A stretch of 64,000 nucleotides of DNA from an uncultured bacterium (lineage in GTDB: Bacteria; Bacteroidota; Rhodothermia; Balneolales; DATFMH01), in the NCBI GenBank assembly GCA_963787205.1, contig CAWBCD010000023.1, positions 99,587 through 163,586 on the forward strand. Direction: 5' to 3'. The position numbers and the translations under genes are program-made. Under the pieces are notes generated by a model. It did not search any database and was not told the DNA's origin. It was given only the letters and a program-made list of their open reading frames with translations. This document shows, piece by piece, positions 18,996 to 30,300 of this stretch; within the stretch, counting starts at the first letter, position 1; each line of letters opens with the position of its first letter.

Positions 18996-19787
18996 TCAGT
19001 CAGAAATGATATGACCTTTCGCTTCGCGTTCCAGGAGCTTCATGTAGTGGCGTATCCGTCGTGCGTTCTCGCCGATATCGCTGTAACCAAGCCTGGAATC
19101 CGAACGAATATCAACGCGGCTGTCGCTGTTTTGACTTTCTATGCGGATGACGATATCGTCCTTGAAACCGAACCAGGGGATCGTTGATGTGGCTTCAATT
19201 CTACCGGCTGATTGATCAGCAGCCTGAATTTTCCACCAATTCATCTTTTTCGCGGCCGCCAGAGCGTAATTATAAGCCTGGTCTGTGGAGACCGATAATT
19301 TGATGGGCACAATATCGGGATAGGCCTCGCGCTGCGCCTCCGATACCGTTACAAGTTTACCATGCCACCTGACGCTATCATCACCAAAGTAGGCCGACTT
19401 ATTGGGTGCATTGACGCGGAGTGGGAGAACAGCCTTAAACAGCGGGGGATTTTGAATATCGGTGGACACGTCGTGAATAGGAGGTGCGGATGATGCACGT
19501 CGCAGGAAAAACCAAGTCGTCCCACAGATGGCGAGCGATAAGATAATCCCGATACAGGCATATTTAAATCCACGCACCGGTCGTTTCGGACGCGCGATAA
19601 CAGCCCCGGCAATCGATATGAGTCCACCTGCCAGTGCGATGTAAAAACCCCAGCGCAACAACGTAAAGCCGATCCCGAGGCTCCACCAATGCCACTGGTA
19701 GCCCAGGCCTGAGATGCCGAATACGATCGCCCCGACTATTGAGATAAAAAAACCGACCCCTACCGTTATTGAAAAACGCTTTTTCAT
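18996..19787 (-). CDS. DUF1499 domain membrane protein
   Basis: PPIHDVSTD, QREAYPDI, FGFKDDIVIR, SDIGENARRI; start set at MKKRFS, which has a GAAGGGGA SD. Confidence 0.88.
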   Translation of the reverse strand: MKKRFSITVGVGFFISIVGAIVFGISGLGYQWHWWSLGIGFTLLRWGFYIALAGGLISIAGAVIARPKRPVRGFKYACIGIILSLAICGTTWFFLRRASSAPPIHDVSTDIQNPPLFKAVLPLRVNAPNKSAYFGDDSVRWHGKLVTVSEAQREAYPDIVPIKLSVSTDQAYNYALAAAKKMNWWKIQAADQSAGRIEATSTIPWFGFKDDIVIRIESQNSDSRVDIRSDSRLGYSDIGENARRIRHYMKLLEREAKGHIISD

Positions 19788-20025
19788 AGTAATCCCCTTC
19801 TTACACATGATATGACATAACCGCTTCTTAACCTGATCTGCTGACCAAAACCAATCAATCATTCAACTTCAGGAAGAACAGTATGGTTCATCCGCAACTG
19901 AACAAAATTCTGTCAGACATAACTATCACATGCCCTAATTAATGCTAATCAGACAGATAAGTCAAATATCTTCAAAAAAAAGGAATTATTGACCTTTGAA
20001 AGGGATAAAGGTATACGGGATCAAA

Positions 20026-20406
20026 CTACCCTACCTGAGCAATACAGCTGATTTCCACTAAGGCATTCTTGGGTAACGACCTTACGGCAACTGTTTCCCT
20101 TGCAGGAGGGTTGTTTTGAAAATAGGCGCCATATATCTCATTAACCTTTTCGAAATCATTCATATCAGCCAGGAAGATGGTGGTTTTTACCACCTTTTCC
20201 AGACCGGATCCTGCAGATTCAAGGACTGCTTTCAGATTCTGCATGATTTGCCGGGTCTGGGTTTCGACGATGGGCCCCACAAAATGCCCGGTTTCCGGAT
20301 CCAAAGCGATCTGTCCGGAACAGAACACCAACCCATTTGCAACGACAGCCTGGCTATAAGGTCCAATTGCTTCTGGTGCCTTTTCAGTCTTGATTACTTG
20401 TTTCAT
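20026..20406 (-). CDS. ridA: RidA/YjgF family enamine/imine deaminase
   Basis: APEAIGPYSQA, SGQIALDP, PPARETV and LPKNALVEI. Confidence 0.93.
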   Translation of the reverse strand: MKQVIKTEKAPEAIGPYSQAVVANGLVFCSGQIALDPETGHFVGPIVETQTRQIMQNLKAVLESAGSGLEKVVKTTIFLADMNDFEKVNEIYGAYFQNNPPARETVAVRSLPKNALVEISCIAQVG

Positions 20407-20417
20407 AATTAATGATC

Positions 20418-21347
20418 TTATTTCACTTCGTTGAAGAATGCCGATTCGTAAAGTTGCGGAACCGGGTCGATACTTTTAAGAAACTCGCTGACAAGCTTCA
20501 TGAATGAGCTCGGATGCTCCATCATAGGAGCATGTCCACATTTGTCAATCCATTCGAGTTGTGCGTTCGGAAGTAATTTCAGAAATGACTCTGCGACAGC
20601 AGGTGGTGTAATGAGATCATTTTTCCCCCAAACCAACAGGCATGGCTGCCGAATGGCCGTGAGGTAAGCCTCCATGTTGTATTCATGGGTAGAACGGGCG
20701 ATTTTAAGCAATCGACCTAGTTTCCTGTTTGAGGCCAGAACCTGCACAATCTCATCGATAATTCTATCCTCGAGCTGATAGCTGAAAAAAGCCTGCTGCG
20801 CGCGTTCACGGATATAAACCCTGTCGAAACGACGGGGGCGGGAATAACCAAAGTTCTGCTCAAACAGCCCTGAACTCCCCGCCAGCACTAGAGCTCTCAC
20901 TCTTCCAGGGTTTGTAAGTGCACATTCAAGTGCAATATGTCCTCCCAGGGAATTGCCAATTATAATAGCTTCCCCGAAATCAAATCGATCAAACACATTC
21001 TCAAAAACCCAATCAGCCAATCCCTGTATCTTCAAATAACGGCTGCGTCCCTGATAAAGTGGTAATTCCGGTATAACAATCGTACGATCATATCCCAGCA
21101 TACTCGCAAGCTGGTCAAAATTGCTAAGTCCGCCAAACATTCCATGAAGGCATACAATCGGAACTCTGTCCGGATCATGGCCTTCCAGATATATAAAATC
21201 GAGCTCCCGCTCGCGTCGAACTGAGAATATACTATTCGAAAACATAGGCATAAAATAATACTTCCATTCGAACTTTTTTGATACATTCTGAATGCTTTCT
21301 TGAATTCTACCTGCTATAACGTTGTTAGACAATTGCAGATCGACCAT
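20418..21347 (-). CDS. alpha/beta fold hydrolase (true start possibly near 21251)
   Basis: LHGMFGG, GNSLGG nucleophile elbow, CGHAPMMEHP. Confidence 0.9.
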   Translation of the reverse strand: MVDLQLSNNVIAGRIQESIQNVSKKFEWKYYFMPMFSNSIFSVRRERELDFIYLEGHDPDRVPIVCLHGMFGGLSNFDQLASMLGYDRTIVIPELPLYQGRSRYLKIQGLADWVFENVFDRFDFGEAIIIGNSLGGHIALECALTNPGRVRALVLAGSSGLFEQNFGYSRPRRFDRVYIRERAQQAFFSYQLEDRIIDEIVQVLASNRKLGRLLKIARSTHEYNMEAYLTAIRQPCLLVWGKNDLITPPAVAESFLKLLPNAQLEWIDKCGHAPMMEHPSSFMKLVSEFLKSIDPVPQLYESAFFNEVK

Positions 21348-21404
21348 TCTATGGTTACATTTCGTTAATAATCAAATTATGAAACCAAGATCCATAACTT
21401 AATT

Positions 21405-22709
21405 ATGAATAAGAATCTCACACGTGTGTTATCAGTGGGCCTTTTGGCTCTCTTTCTGTACTCTTGTTCTGCAAGTAACCCAAACATTGAATCAGCCAAA
21501 CTGAATCTTCAGCACAAGGACTATCAGAAAGCACTAACTTCACTCGATAAAGCTATTGCTCAGGATTCAACTGATGCGGAGGCCTATTATTACAAAGGGT
21601 ATGTTTACTCAAAAATGGCCAATGAGGATAGTCTAGACCAGAAAGTCGCCGACTTCAAAAAAATGCACCAGAACTACGAAAAAGCAAAAGAGCTCTACAA
21701 AACCCTGGGCAAGGCTGATTCGAAGGAAATGACTCTGATGCGCATGGAAACCGTAAACATGTGGACACATGAACACAATGCTGCCGTACACCTTGCAGCC
21801 AATGACAGCACCAAGGAACCGGGTGATCTTAACAAAGCCGTTGACCACTTACAGAATGCTATTGCCATTAGTCCGGATAGTTTGATCAGCTATGAAGTTC
21901 TTGCTGAAGTCTACGATATGCAAGGCAACACCAGTCAGGCTGAGAATGTACTTACCGAAATCCTTCAGAAATCATCAAAACCACCGGTCAACGATTATCT
22001 GCGTCTTGCTCAGTTCTATCAAAAGAACAAGAATTATGATAAGTCCGTTGACGTACTGAATAAGGCCAAGCAGAATTATCCTGATAATGTAAAAATCATA
22101 CAATCTCTTGCCAATACGTATCTGGCGATGAATGATGATCAGAATGCGGTTGCCACGGTCAAAACGTTGATCAGCACGGATTCGACCAATGTTCAATATC
22201 ATCTGGTATACGGAACAGAGCTGTACAAAATGGCAATGACCATGAATGACACGCTGACTAATCGTTATAACCGGATATTCAATTTTCAACAAGAGCAGCA
22301 AAAGAACAACAACAAAGAGTATCAATCTCAGATTGATGAACTCCAAAACTCCAATCAACAGCTGGCTTCGAACATCGAAGATATGACCGGAAAGGCTAAG
22401 ACGCAGCTTCAGTACGTGATCGATCACAGACCTAATGATCCTATAGCGTACAACACGATGGGTGTCATTTATCAAAACAAGGCTGCTGCATTGTTCCAGA
22501 TGAGAAATAATACCAATGATCTGAAAAAGGCTGACTCACTGGATACTGCTGCAAAGAATGTCCTTAAACAGGGCCTGCCCTTTTACGAGAAAGCTGCACA
22601 GCTCGACCCGAATAATCAGAACTATTGGCAATCATTATTCCGGGTTTACACGGCTCTCGGCATGAAGGAAAAAGCCCAGGAAGCCATGAAAAAAGCAGGG
22701 CTGAACTAA
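21405..22709 (+). CDS. tetratricopeptide repeat lipoprotein
   Basis: Lipobox LYSC; multiple TPR-like helical repeats. Confidence 0.85.
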   Translation: MNKNLTRVLSVGLLALFLYSCSASNPNIESAKLNLQHKDYQKALTSLDKAIAQDSTDAEAYYYKGYVYSKMANEDSLDQKVADFKKMHQNYEKAKELYKTLGKADSKEMTLMRMETVNMWTHEHNAAVHLAANDSTKEPGDLNKAVDHLQNAIAISPDSLISYEVLAEVYDMQGNTSQAENVLTEILQKSSKPPVNDYLRLAQFYQKNKNYDKSVDVLNKAKQNYPDNVKIIQSLANTYLAMNDDQNAVATVKTLISTDSTNVQYHLVYGTELYKMAMTMNDTLTNRYNRIFNFQQEQQKNNNKEYQSQIDELQNSNQQLASNIEDMTGKAKTQLQYVIDHRPNDPIAYNTMGVIYQNKAAALFQMRNNTNDLKKADSLDTAAKNVLKQGLPFYEKAAQLDPNNQNYWQSLFRVYTALGMKEKAQEAMKKAGLN

Positions 22710-22746
22710 CGAATACTACTGATCTGACCCTAAATCCGAAACTTAT

Positions 22747-24036
22747 ATGACAACTTTGTCAGCCCGAATGGCCATGCTTTTGCTGGCCTTCGGGCTTTTT
22801 GTTAGCTGTTCAACTACTAAAAAAGTAGACCGAAACGGCGATTCTGCTAACGACAAACCCATACAAAAGGCGTTAAACAATAAGAATTATCAGACGGCGC
22901 TTAAAGATGCTGATAAGGCGATTCAAGGCAATCCCAATGACCCCGGTCTGTACTACCTGAAGGGAAAGATTCTGAGTAAAATGGCTGTTGCGATAACTCA
23001 ACCGGACCAACGACAGCCCCTGTATAAGAATATGCGTCAAAATCTGCTTAAGGCCCAGCAACTCGACAAACAGGGAAAAGGTCCGCTTGAGCCGAAAATT
23101 GACGATCTTCTTGCAAATAGCTGGAGTGATGAGCATAATCAGGGTGTCAGTATCCTCAGCCATGACTCCACGGATACCAGGACGGACCTGAATAATGCAA
23201 AGGTGCATTTGCAAAATGCGACCATTATTATGCCGGACAGCGCGATTAGTCATGCTGCTTTGGCAACCGTTTATTACAAGCTGGGTGAGATCCCGGAAGC
23301 CCTGGGAAGCATGGAAATGGCTGTATCATATGATGACAGCGTTCATACCGATTACCTTGAAAGACTGGCCTACCTCTACAGCGTAAATAAGCAGGATAGT
23401 GAAGCTGTAAATACCTATCGATTGCTTATTGAGCGCAATCCTGGTGATCTGAACTTGCTTAACGGGATCATGAACGTCTATCTCGATGAAAACTCATATG
23501 GTTCAGTTGAAAGCATCCTGCAAACGATGCTGGAAAAGGATCCGGATAACCCGCTTTACCACCAGATCGATGGTCGTGAATTGTATAACGAGTCTATGGC
23601 CAAACTGTTGGCGATAAGAAACGGTTACGAGAATGTGCACAGTACAGGTCAGAATGAACTGAAAGTGTCGGATAGTCTTAACAGTATTGAAGGCGAGGCC
23701 AGAACCGTTCTGGATTCTGCAATCAACCAGTTCGACAAAGCGATAAGCCTGGACAGCACCGATACGAATGCATCATACACGCTGGGGGTCATTTATCAAA
23801 ACTCAGGTGTGTCTTATCTTCAGATAGCTCAGCAAATACAAAATTCGGAACTCTCTGCATTTTATAAAGCCAGAGCTCAGCAATTGTTGACAAAAGCTCT
23901 TCCCTATCTGGAAGATTACGCCATTAAGAAATCATCTGATCAAAAAAGCTGGAAGAATTTACGTGAAGTTTACCAGTATCTGGGAATGAATGATAAGGCC
24001 CAACAGGCAGCAGAACATTTATCGCAACAACAGTAG
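22747..24036 (+). CDS. tetratricopeptide repeat lipoprotein, paralog of the upstream gene
   Basis: Lipobox FVSC; shared motifs W..EHN, HLQNA..I.PDS, GVIYQN, VY..LGM..KAQ. Confidence 0.85.
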   Translation: MTTLSARMAMLLLAFGLFVSCSTTKKVDRNGDSANDKPIQKALNNKNYQTALKDADKAIQGNPNDPGLYYLKGKILSKMAVAITQPDQRQPLYKNMRQNLLKAQQLDKQGKGPLEPKIDDLLANSWSDEHNQGVSILSHDSTDTRTDLNNAKVHLQNATIIMPDSAISHAALATVYYKLGEIPEALGSMEMAVSYDDSVHTDYLERLAYLYSVNKQDSEAVNTYRLLIERNPGDLNLLNGIMNVYLDENSYGSVESILQTMLEKDPDNPLYHQIDGRELYNESMAKLLAIRNGYENVHSTGQNELKVSDSLNSIEGEARTVLDSAINQFDKAISLDSTDTNASYTLGVIYQNSGVSYLQIAQQIQNSELSAFYKARAQQLLTKALPYLEDYAIKKSSDQKSWKNLREVYQYLGMNDKAQQAAEHLSQQQ

Positions 24037-24110
24037 CGACGGTGCTGTGTTCATATTGCCCGGTTTCATGGGAGCCGGGTTATAAATTCGAAGTTTAAAT
24101 TGATAGTCAC

Positions 24111-25256
24111 ATGAAATTCAATACCAAAACTATTCACGCCGGTCAAGAACCGGAACTGACCAGTGGCGCAGTAATGCCGCCAATCTTCCAAACTTCAACC
24201 TATGCTCAGGAAGCACCTAATGTTCATCACGGTTACGAATATGCCCGTGTTTCCAATCCAACACGGACAGCCCTGGAAAAATTGATAGCAGGTCTGGAAG
24301 GGGCAAGTGACTGTGCAGCATTTGCAAGTGGCTGTGCAGCTATGGATGCTATGGTCAAAATGTTCCGGCCGGGTGACCATATCATTGCATCCAATGATCT
24401 ATACGGCGGAACGTACCGGTTATTTACGCAGGTCTTCGAACCTTACCAGATAACATTCAGCTTTATCGACATGTCCGATCCAGCAAATGTTGAGAAGGCA
24501 CTGACCGGCAATACTAAAATGATCTGGATTGAGACACCTACCAATCCCCTTCTGCGCATCGTGGATATTAAAGCGGTGAGTGATATCGCGAGAAAGGCAG
24601 GTGTACTAAGTGTCGTTGACAATACCTTTGCTTCCCCCTATCTGCAGAATCCACTTAAACTCGGTGCCGATGCGGTGGTACATTCGACGACAAAATATCT
24701 CGGTGGCCATTCGGACATCATTGGCGGGGCGATATGCACGTCACACCCGGATATCATCGAAAATATGCGTTTCCAGGTTAAAACGACCGGCGCCGTTCCC
24801 GGCCCGATGGATTGTTATCTGACCCTCAGAGGTATTAAAACGCTGCATGTCAGGATGGATCGAGCCTGCACAAATGCCCAGGCAATCGTAGAGTACCTTA
24901 CAAATAATCCGGATGTCGGTTCCGTCAATTACCCGGGTCTGGAATCTCATCCACATCATCATGTTGCGAAAAGCCAGATGAATGACTACGGTGCGATGGT
25001 TTCCTTTACACTTAAGGACGATTCCGTTGAAAATGCTAAAAAATTTATGAGTCATACCCACTATTTTACTTTAGCGGAAAGCCTGGGGGGCGTTGAATCA
25101 TTGATTTCTCATCCGGCCAGTATGACACATGCATCCATACCTGCTGATATCAGAAAGAAAGCAGGTCTGAGTGATTCACTTATTCGTCTGTCAGTAGGGA
25201 TTGAAGATGTTGAGGACCTGATCAGCGATTTGGATCAGGCTTTTAAGTCAGTGTAA
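24111..25256 (+). CDS. cystathionine gamma-synthase/gamma-lyase (PLP-dependent transsulfuration enzyme)
   Basis: YARVSNPTR, ETPTNP, VDNTF, HSTTKYLGGHSD and LAESLGGVESL. Confidence 0.93.
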   Translation: MKFNTKTIHAGQEPELTSGAVMPPIFQTSTYAQEAPNVHHGYEYARVSNPTRTALEKLIAGLEGASDCAAFASGCAAMDAMVKMFRPGDHIIASNDLYGGTYRLFTQVFEPYQITFSFIDMSDPANVEKALTGNTKMIWIETPTNPLLRIVDIKAVSDIARKAGVLSVVDNTFASPYLQNPLKLGADAVVHSTTKYLGGHSDIIGGAICTSHPDIIENMRFQVKTTGAVPGPMDCYLTLRGIKTLHVRMDRACTNAQAIVEYLTNNPDVGSVNYPGLESHPHHHVAKSQMNDYGAMVSFTLKDDSVENAKKFMSHTHYFTLAESLGGVESLISHPASMTHASIPADIRKKAGLSDSLIRLSVGIEDVEDLISDLDQAFKSV

Positions 25257-25260
25257 TTAA

Positions 25261-25785
25261 TTGCGTGGAGCAGCTTTTTATATTGCCAGGATTATAATTG
25301 CGGCCATTATTCTGGCTTCATGCACTACTAATCCCTTTGCTCCCGGTATTGCTCAAGAAGCGCTTACAAACGATCCCCTTGGCGATCAGCATACAATCAG
25401 TGGTTTTTTTACCCGTTTTCGCAATGCGTATCAGTTGCGTGATACCACTATTTATGGTCCTCTGATTCAGTCTGATTTTACCTTCACCTACCACGATTTC
25501 AATAACAATGTGGATGTCTCCTGGGGAAGGGATGTCGAATTGAACTCCACATACAATATGTTCACACAAAGTGAAGACATCCAGCTTCAATGGAATAATA
25601 TTGTCACACAAGTCGAAGATTCTACCTCAACTAAAGCTCAGGTTGTACGCCGATTCGATTTGGCGATCGTCCTGAAAAACTCAGATGTTTTGCATACCGA
25701 CGGGGCTGCTAATTTTTTGCTGTCGCGAGCGGACTCTACTAAACCATGGCGTCTTCTAAGATGGCGTGATGAATCGAATTTTTAA
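25261..25785 (+). CDS. hypothetical lipoprotein
   Basis: Lipobox LASC-TTNPFAP; operon-coupled to the upstream gene. Confidence 0.7.
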   Translation: MRGAAFYIARIIIAAIILASCTTNPFAPGIAQEALTNDPLGDQHTISGFFTRFRNAYQLRDTTIYGPLIQSDFTFTYHDFNNNVDVSWGRDVELNSTYNMFTQSEDIQLQWNNIVTQVEDSTSTKAQVVRRFDLAIVLKNSDVLHTDGAANFLLSRADSTKPWRLLRWRDESNF

Positions 25786-25934
25786 TTGGGAAGTGTTGAG
25801 CAGCGAGCAAAAAGTATTGAGAAAACTGCTTGATATTGACTAAGTTTTCGGATGATCGATTACCAGTTAATGATTCCCATGAGATATTGTACATTGACTG
25901 AATTCTCACTACCAACTACTCAATGCTATTTACT

Positions 25935-27116
25935 ATGACTGACGTTGTTATCATCGATGCTGCGCGCACACCAATTGGATCATTTGGAGGAAGTCTATCA
26001 TCATTCACGGCACCCGAACTCGGTGCATCCGTCATTCAGGCACTGCTCAAACGCTCCGGAGTATCACCCGAACAAGTGCATGAAGTGATTATGGGGAATG
26101 TACTACAGGCGGGTATCGGGCAGGCACCCGCCCGGCAGGCAGCATTAAAAGCCGGATTACCGGACCGCACCCCGTCTACAACAGTCAATAAGGTCTGTGC
26201 ATCCGGAATGAAATCGGTGATGTATGCTGCAAATCAAATCCGTTTGGGAGAAGCGGATGTTGTCGTTGCGGGCGGCATGGAAAGCATGAGCAACTGCCCC
26301 TACTATCTAACAAAGGAACGTTTCGGGGCAAAATTGGGTCACAGCTCGGTCATCGATGGTATCATTAAAGACGGGCTATGGGATGTTTACAACGATTTTC
26401 ACATGGGTAACGCTGCCGAGCTTTGTTCACGTGAATGCAACATAAGTCGCGAGGAACAGGATGCATTTGCTATTGAATCGTACAAAAGAGCTATAAACGC
26501 CCAGAGAAGCGGGTATTTTGATAATGAAATCATCCGTCTAAAAGTCAAAGGAAGGAAAGGTGATGTCACCGAAGTTTCAGAAGATGAAGAACTAAAAAAG
26601 GTTAATTTTGATAAGATCCCAAAGCTTCGGCCAGTCTTTGACAGGGAAGGCACTGTAACAGCAGCTAATGCCAGTTCTATTAATGATGGTGCCGCTGCCT
26701 TATTGGTAATGTCTGCGGATAAAGCCAAACAGTTGAGACTCAAACCGATGGCACGTATTCTCAGCCAGTCAAGCGCGGCAAAGGCTCCTGAGTGGTTTAC
26801 AACGGCCCCTGCTGAGGCCATACCGATTGCACTGGAACGGGCAGGCAAGAAAGCAGACGAAATCGACCTTTTCGAGATTAACGAAGCATTCGCAGTGGTA
26901 TCACTAATAAATAACCGACTGCTTAATCTGGATCCCCAAAAGGTCGATATACATGGTGGAGCAGTAAGTCTCGGGCATCCTATCGGTTGTTCCGGAGCTC
27001 GTATCCTCGTTACATTGTTGCATGCACTGCAACGAACTGGCGGGTCACTCGGCTGTGCAGGCATTTGCAACGGGGGCGGTGGCGCTTCTGCAATGGTTAT
27101 TGAAATGTTAGGTTAG
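25935..27116 (+). CDS. acetyl-CoA C-acetyltransferase (thiolase)
   Basis: VNKVCASG, GGMESMS, NEAFA, GHPIGCSG and CNGGGG; start set at MTDVV. Confidence 0.95.
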   Translation: MTDVVIIDAARTPIGSFGGSLSSFTAPELGASVIQALLKRSGVSPEQVHEVIMGNVLQAGIGQAPARQAALKAGLPDRTPSTTVNKVCASGMKSVMYAANQIRLGEADVVVAGGMESMSNCPYYLTKERFGAKLGHSSVIDGIIKDGLWDVYNDFHMGNAAELCSRECNISREEQDAFAIESYKRAINAQRSGYFDNEIIRLKVKGRKGDVTEVSEDEELKKVNFDKIPKLRPVFDREGTVTAANASSINDGAAALLVMSADKAKQLRLKPMARILSQSSAAKAPEWFTTAPAEAIPIALERAGKKADEIDLFEINEAFAVVSLINNRLLNLDPQKVDIHGGAVSLGHPIGCSGARILVTLLHALQRTGGSLGCAGICNGGGGASAMVIEMLG

Positions 27117-27309
27117 AAAGGGATAAACAGCGTATTTTCGAGGTGAACACTCTTTTTTCCTATTATCGAAATTATTATCATTAAGAAATGATTTTGATCA
27201 TTACCTCATTTTCCTTTATCACCCCAAAAAAATCTCTATAGCGATAAACGATACGATCTAATTCATAAAAAGAATTGGTTTAACTGCTAACCTATCGCTT
27301 TTCGTTTCG

Positions 27310-30300
27310 TTGTCGAATACTCTTTTTAAATATGTGTGGGGTGTCTGCCTGGTGCTGGTTAGTCAACTCCTGAATTGTGTGCCGCTTTCTGCTCAGGGAT
27401 TGCGAGTAGATAAGGTTACATCCAATTACATCGAATATGTAGTTGAAAATGACAGCCTGAATACGGGTTCCCCCATTAATTTTGTTATACCTTACGACAA
27501 AGGTTCCGATTCTTATCAGATCCTGAATCAATCTGTTGTCCCCGTTCCGGTAAGCAAAATGACGAATCCGTCTCAGTATAAAGATAACGGGAACACAAAT
27601 GTATTACCGTTAGTCCAGATCACACGAACGGGAATATCCAGGAAGCAGCGGGTTGCAAGTATACGTATCAATATCAGTAGATATCGTTCAACCGATCAAA
27701 CCGTACTCATTACGAAGTTTCTCAGAATTCGTGTCGAACGTTTTGGGAACCAGCCACTTATTTCAGAGCGTGCCCCCGGTATGGCTGAGGCGCAGATCCA
27801 ACAGACCGAAGACAGTCCCCTTGCCACCGGCAAATGGTATAAAATACCTTTCGAGCGTAACGGCATTTACCGCATAGATAAACAATATCTGACCAACCTT
27901 GGTATCAATGTAAGTTCAATCGACCCAAGGGATATTCAAATATGGGGTACGAATGGATATGAATTACCACATCCAAATGCTGATCCCAGGCCCTCGTTTG
28001 CACAAATTCCCATCATTGTACATGGGGAATCCGATGGTAAATTCGACGACAGCGACTACATCTTATTCTATGGCAACAGCCCCAATCAAAATATCTTTGA
28101 TACCACTACGCACTACTGGCATCATAAGCTGAATCCTTACAGTACGAAAAACTATGTCTTTTTGACTATCGGATCACAAGCCGGCGAACGGCTTCATGCA
28201 GTCGCGGCTTCCGGAAGCGGATCAACTATCACGACTTTCCAGGATTTTCTCTGGAAAGAAGATGAACTTCATAAATCTGAAGCTAGTATCAAGTCTGGTA
28301 CCCAATGGCTGGGACAGTTATTTACCAATGAGTCATTCAATAACCAACAAACGATTTTTAATGATACTCTTCCGGGTTTACCTGCAACGGGCCCGATGCA
28401 GGTCCTTGTTCAGTTTGCCGCCAAATCACAGTCTACCTCCTATTTCAGTGTCAACGCCAACGGCGCGAATCTCGGACAGGTAAGCATTGCCCCCATACTT
28501 GATTACAACGGGGACACCGGTTATTCGGCTTACGAATCGTCGATGAGCCGATCTTTGTCCAATGCTTCCTTCAACAACGGAATTATAAAGCTGGATGCCA
28601 CCTTCTCAAGCGGATCAACCAGTGCAAACGGATGGCTGGACTGGATTGAACTGACGGTCCGGAGGTCTCTTGCGGCGAAAAACGGACGCTTGCTGTTCTA
28701 CTCTCCCAATAACGGTCAGAGCAGTGACCTCGCCAACTATATGCTTAGCGGGTTCAGCAGTCAGCCCGTGGTTATGGACGTCACGAATCCTGTAGAACCA
28801 GCGTTGCTGAATGTTCAGCAATCCGGTAATGATTACTCGGTGGACTGGCACGCCGACAGTGGACGAATGCTGATCGCACAAACCAATTACTTTACTCCGG
28901 AAGACGGTACTGAAATAGCCAATCAAAATCTTCATGGTATTACTGATTATCCGGATTATATCATTGTTACTGCTCCTGAATTTCTGAACGAAGCGAATGA
29001 GATTGCCGACTTCCATAAAAAGAATGACGGCTTCCGTCCATTAGTAGTGACCCAGGAACAAATATTCAACGAGTTTTCGGGTGGAGTGCCTGACGTGTCG
29101 GCGATTCGTGATTTCATGCGGTACTTATATGTACGGGCAGGAACCGATGCAAGCCGGCTTCCCAAGTATCTCCTTCTGTTCGGGAATACGACATACGACT
29201 ACAAGGGGATTATTAAAAATGCTGCCGAGAAAAATTACGTATTCACATTCGAAAGCAATGAGTCGCTGCAGAGAATCAATACCTACGCCAGTGACGATTA
29301 TTATGGTTTACTGGACCAAAATGAGGGAGCATGGTCACCCAATAATACCGATGAACTGCTCGACATCGGCATCGGCAGAATTCCCGTTGAAACACAGGCT
29401 GATGCAAAGGCAGCGGTCCAGAAGATTGAAACGTACAGTAACCCGGCTAATAACGGCGACTGGAAAACGTTGTTCACCTTCGCAGCCGATGATGACTATC
29501 CGAATCCGCTCGACAATCGCGACTTGCATGTTTTAAATGCCGATTCTACATCGGTCATTGTAACAAACTCGGATAACGGACTGCATCTCAATAAGATCTA
29601 TGAATTCAGCTACCCTGTTGAAAACACAACTGCAGGCAGACGCATCCCCGGTGCTACCCAGGCGTTTATCAATAGTGTAAATAATGGCGAACTGGTTTTG
29701 AATTATTCCGGACATGGAGGCGACCAGGTGTTGAGTGATGAACGTCTCTTCGTCTCCGATTACACCAATCAGTTTTACAATAAAAATAAGCTGGCGATTT
29801 TCGTGACGGCAACATGTTCTTTCGGCCGCTACGATGATACCGATCAGCAGTCAGGTGCCGAGATTACCCAGCTCTACTCCGATGGAGGTATGATCGCGGC
29901 ATTTACCATGACCCGCGTCGTTTACACCAGTGACAATCCGTATACACTAAATTTTGGCATCAACAGAATCGTCACTCAGTATATGTCTACGCGTGACGAA
30001 GCAACGGGTCAACCACGCCGGCTTGGGGATATTTACCGACTCACAAAGATCACCGGTATTGCCGGTCCCAGTTTCAACAGCAGAAAGTTTATCCTTCTCG
30101 GTGACCCGGGCCTTAGAATTGGCCTCCCTGACAAGAAAATTCGGCTCGACCAGGTCAACAATGTTACCCAGCTTTCCGACACGACAATCAATTTACGGGC
30201 ACTTGACAAAGTTCAGATTGCTGGAGATGTTCTGAATTATGATCAATCTGTTGCGACTAACTTTAATGGTACGGTTTTTGTGCAGGTTTATGATGCCAGT

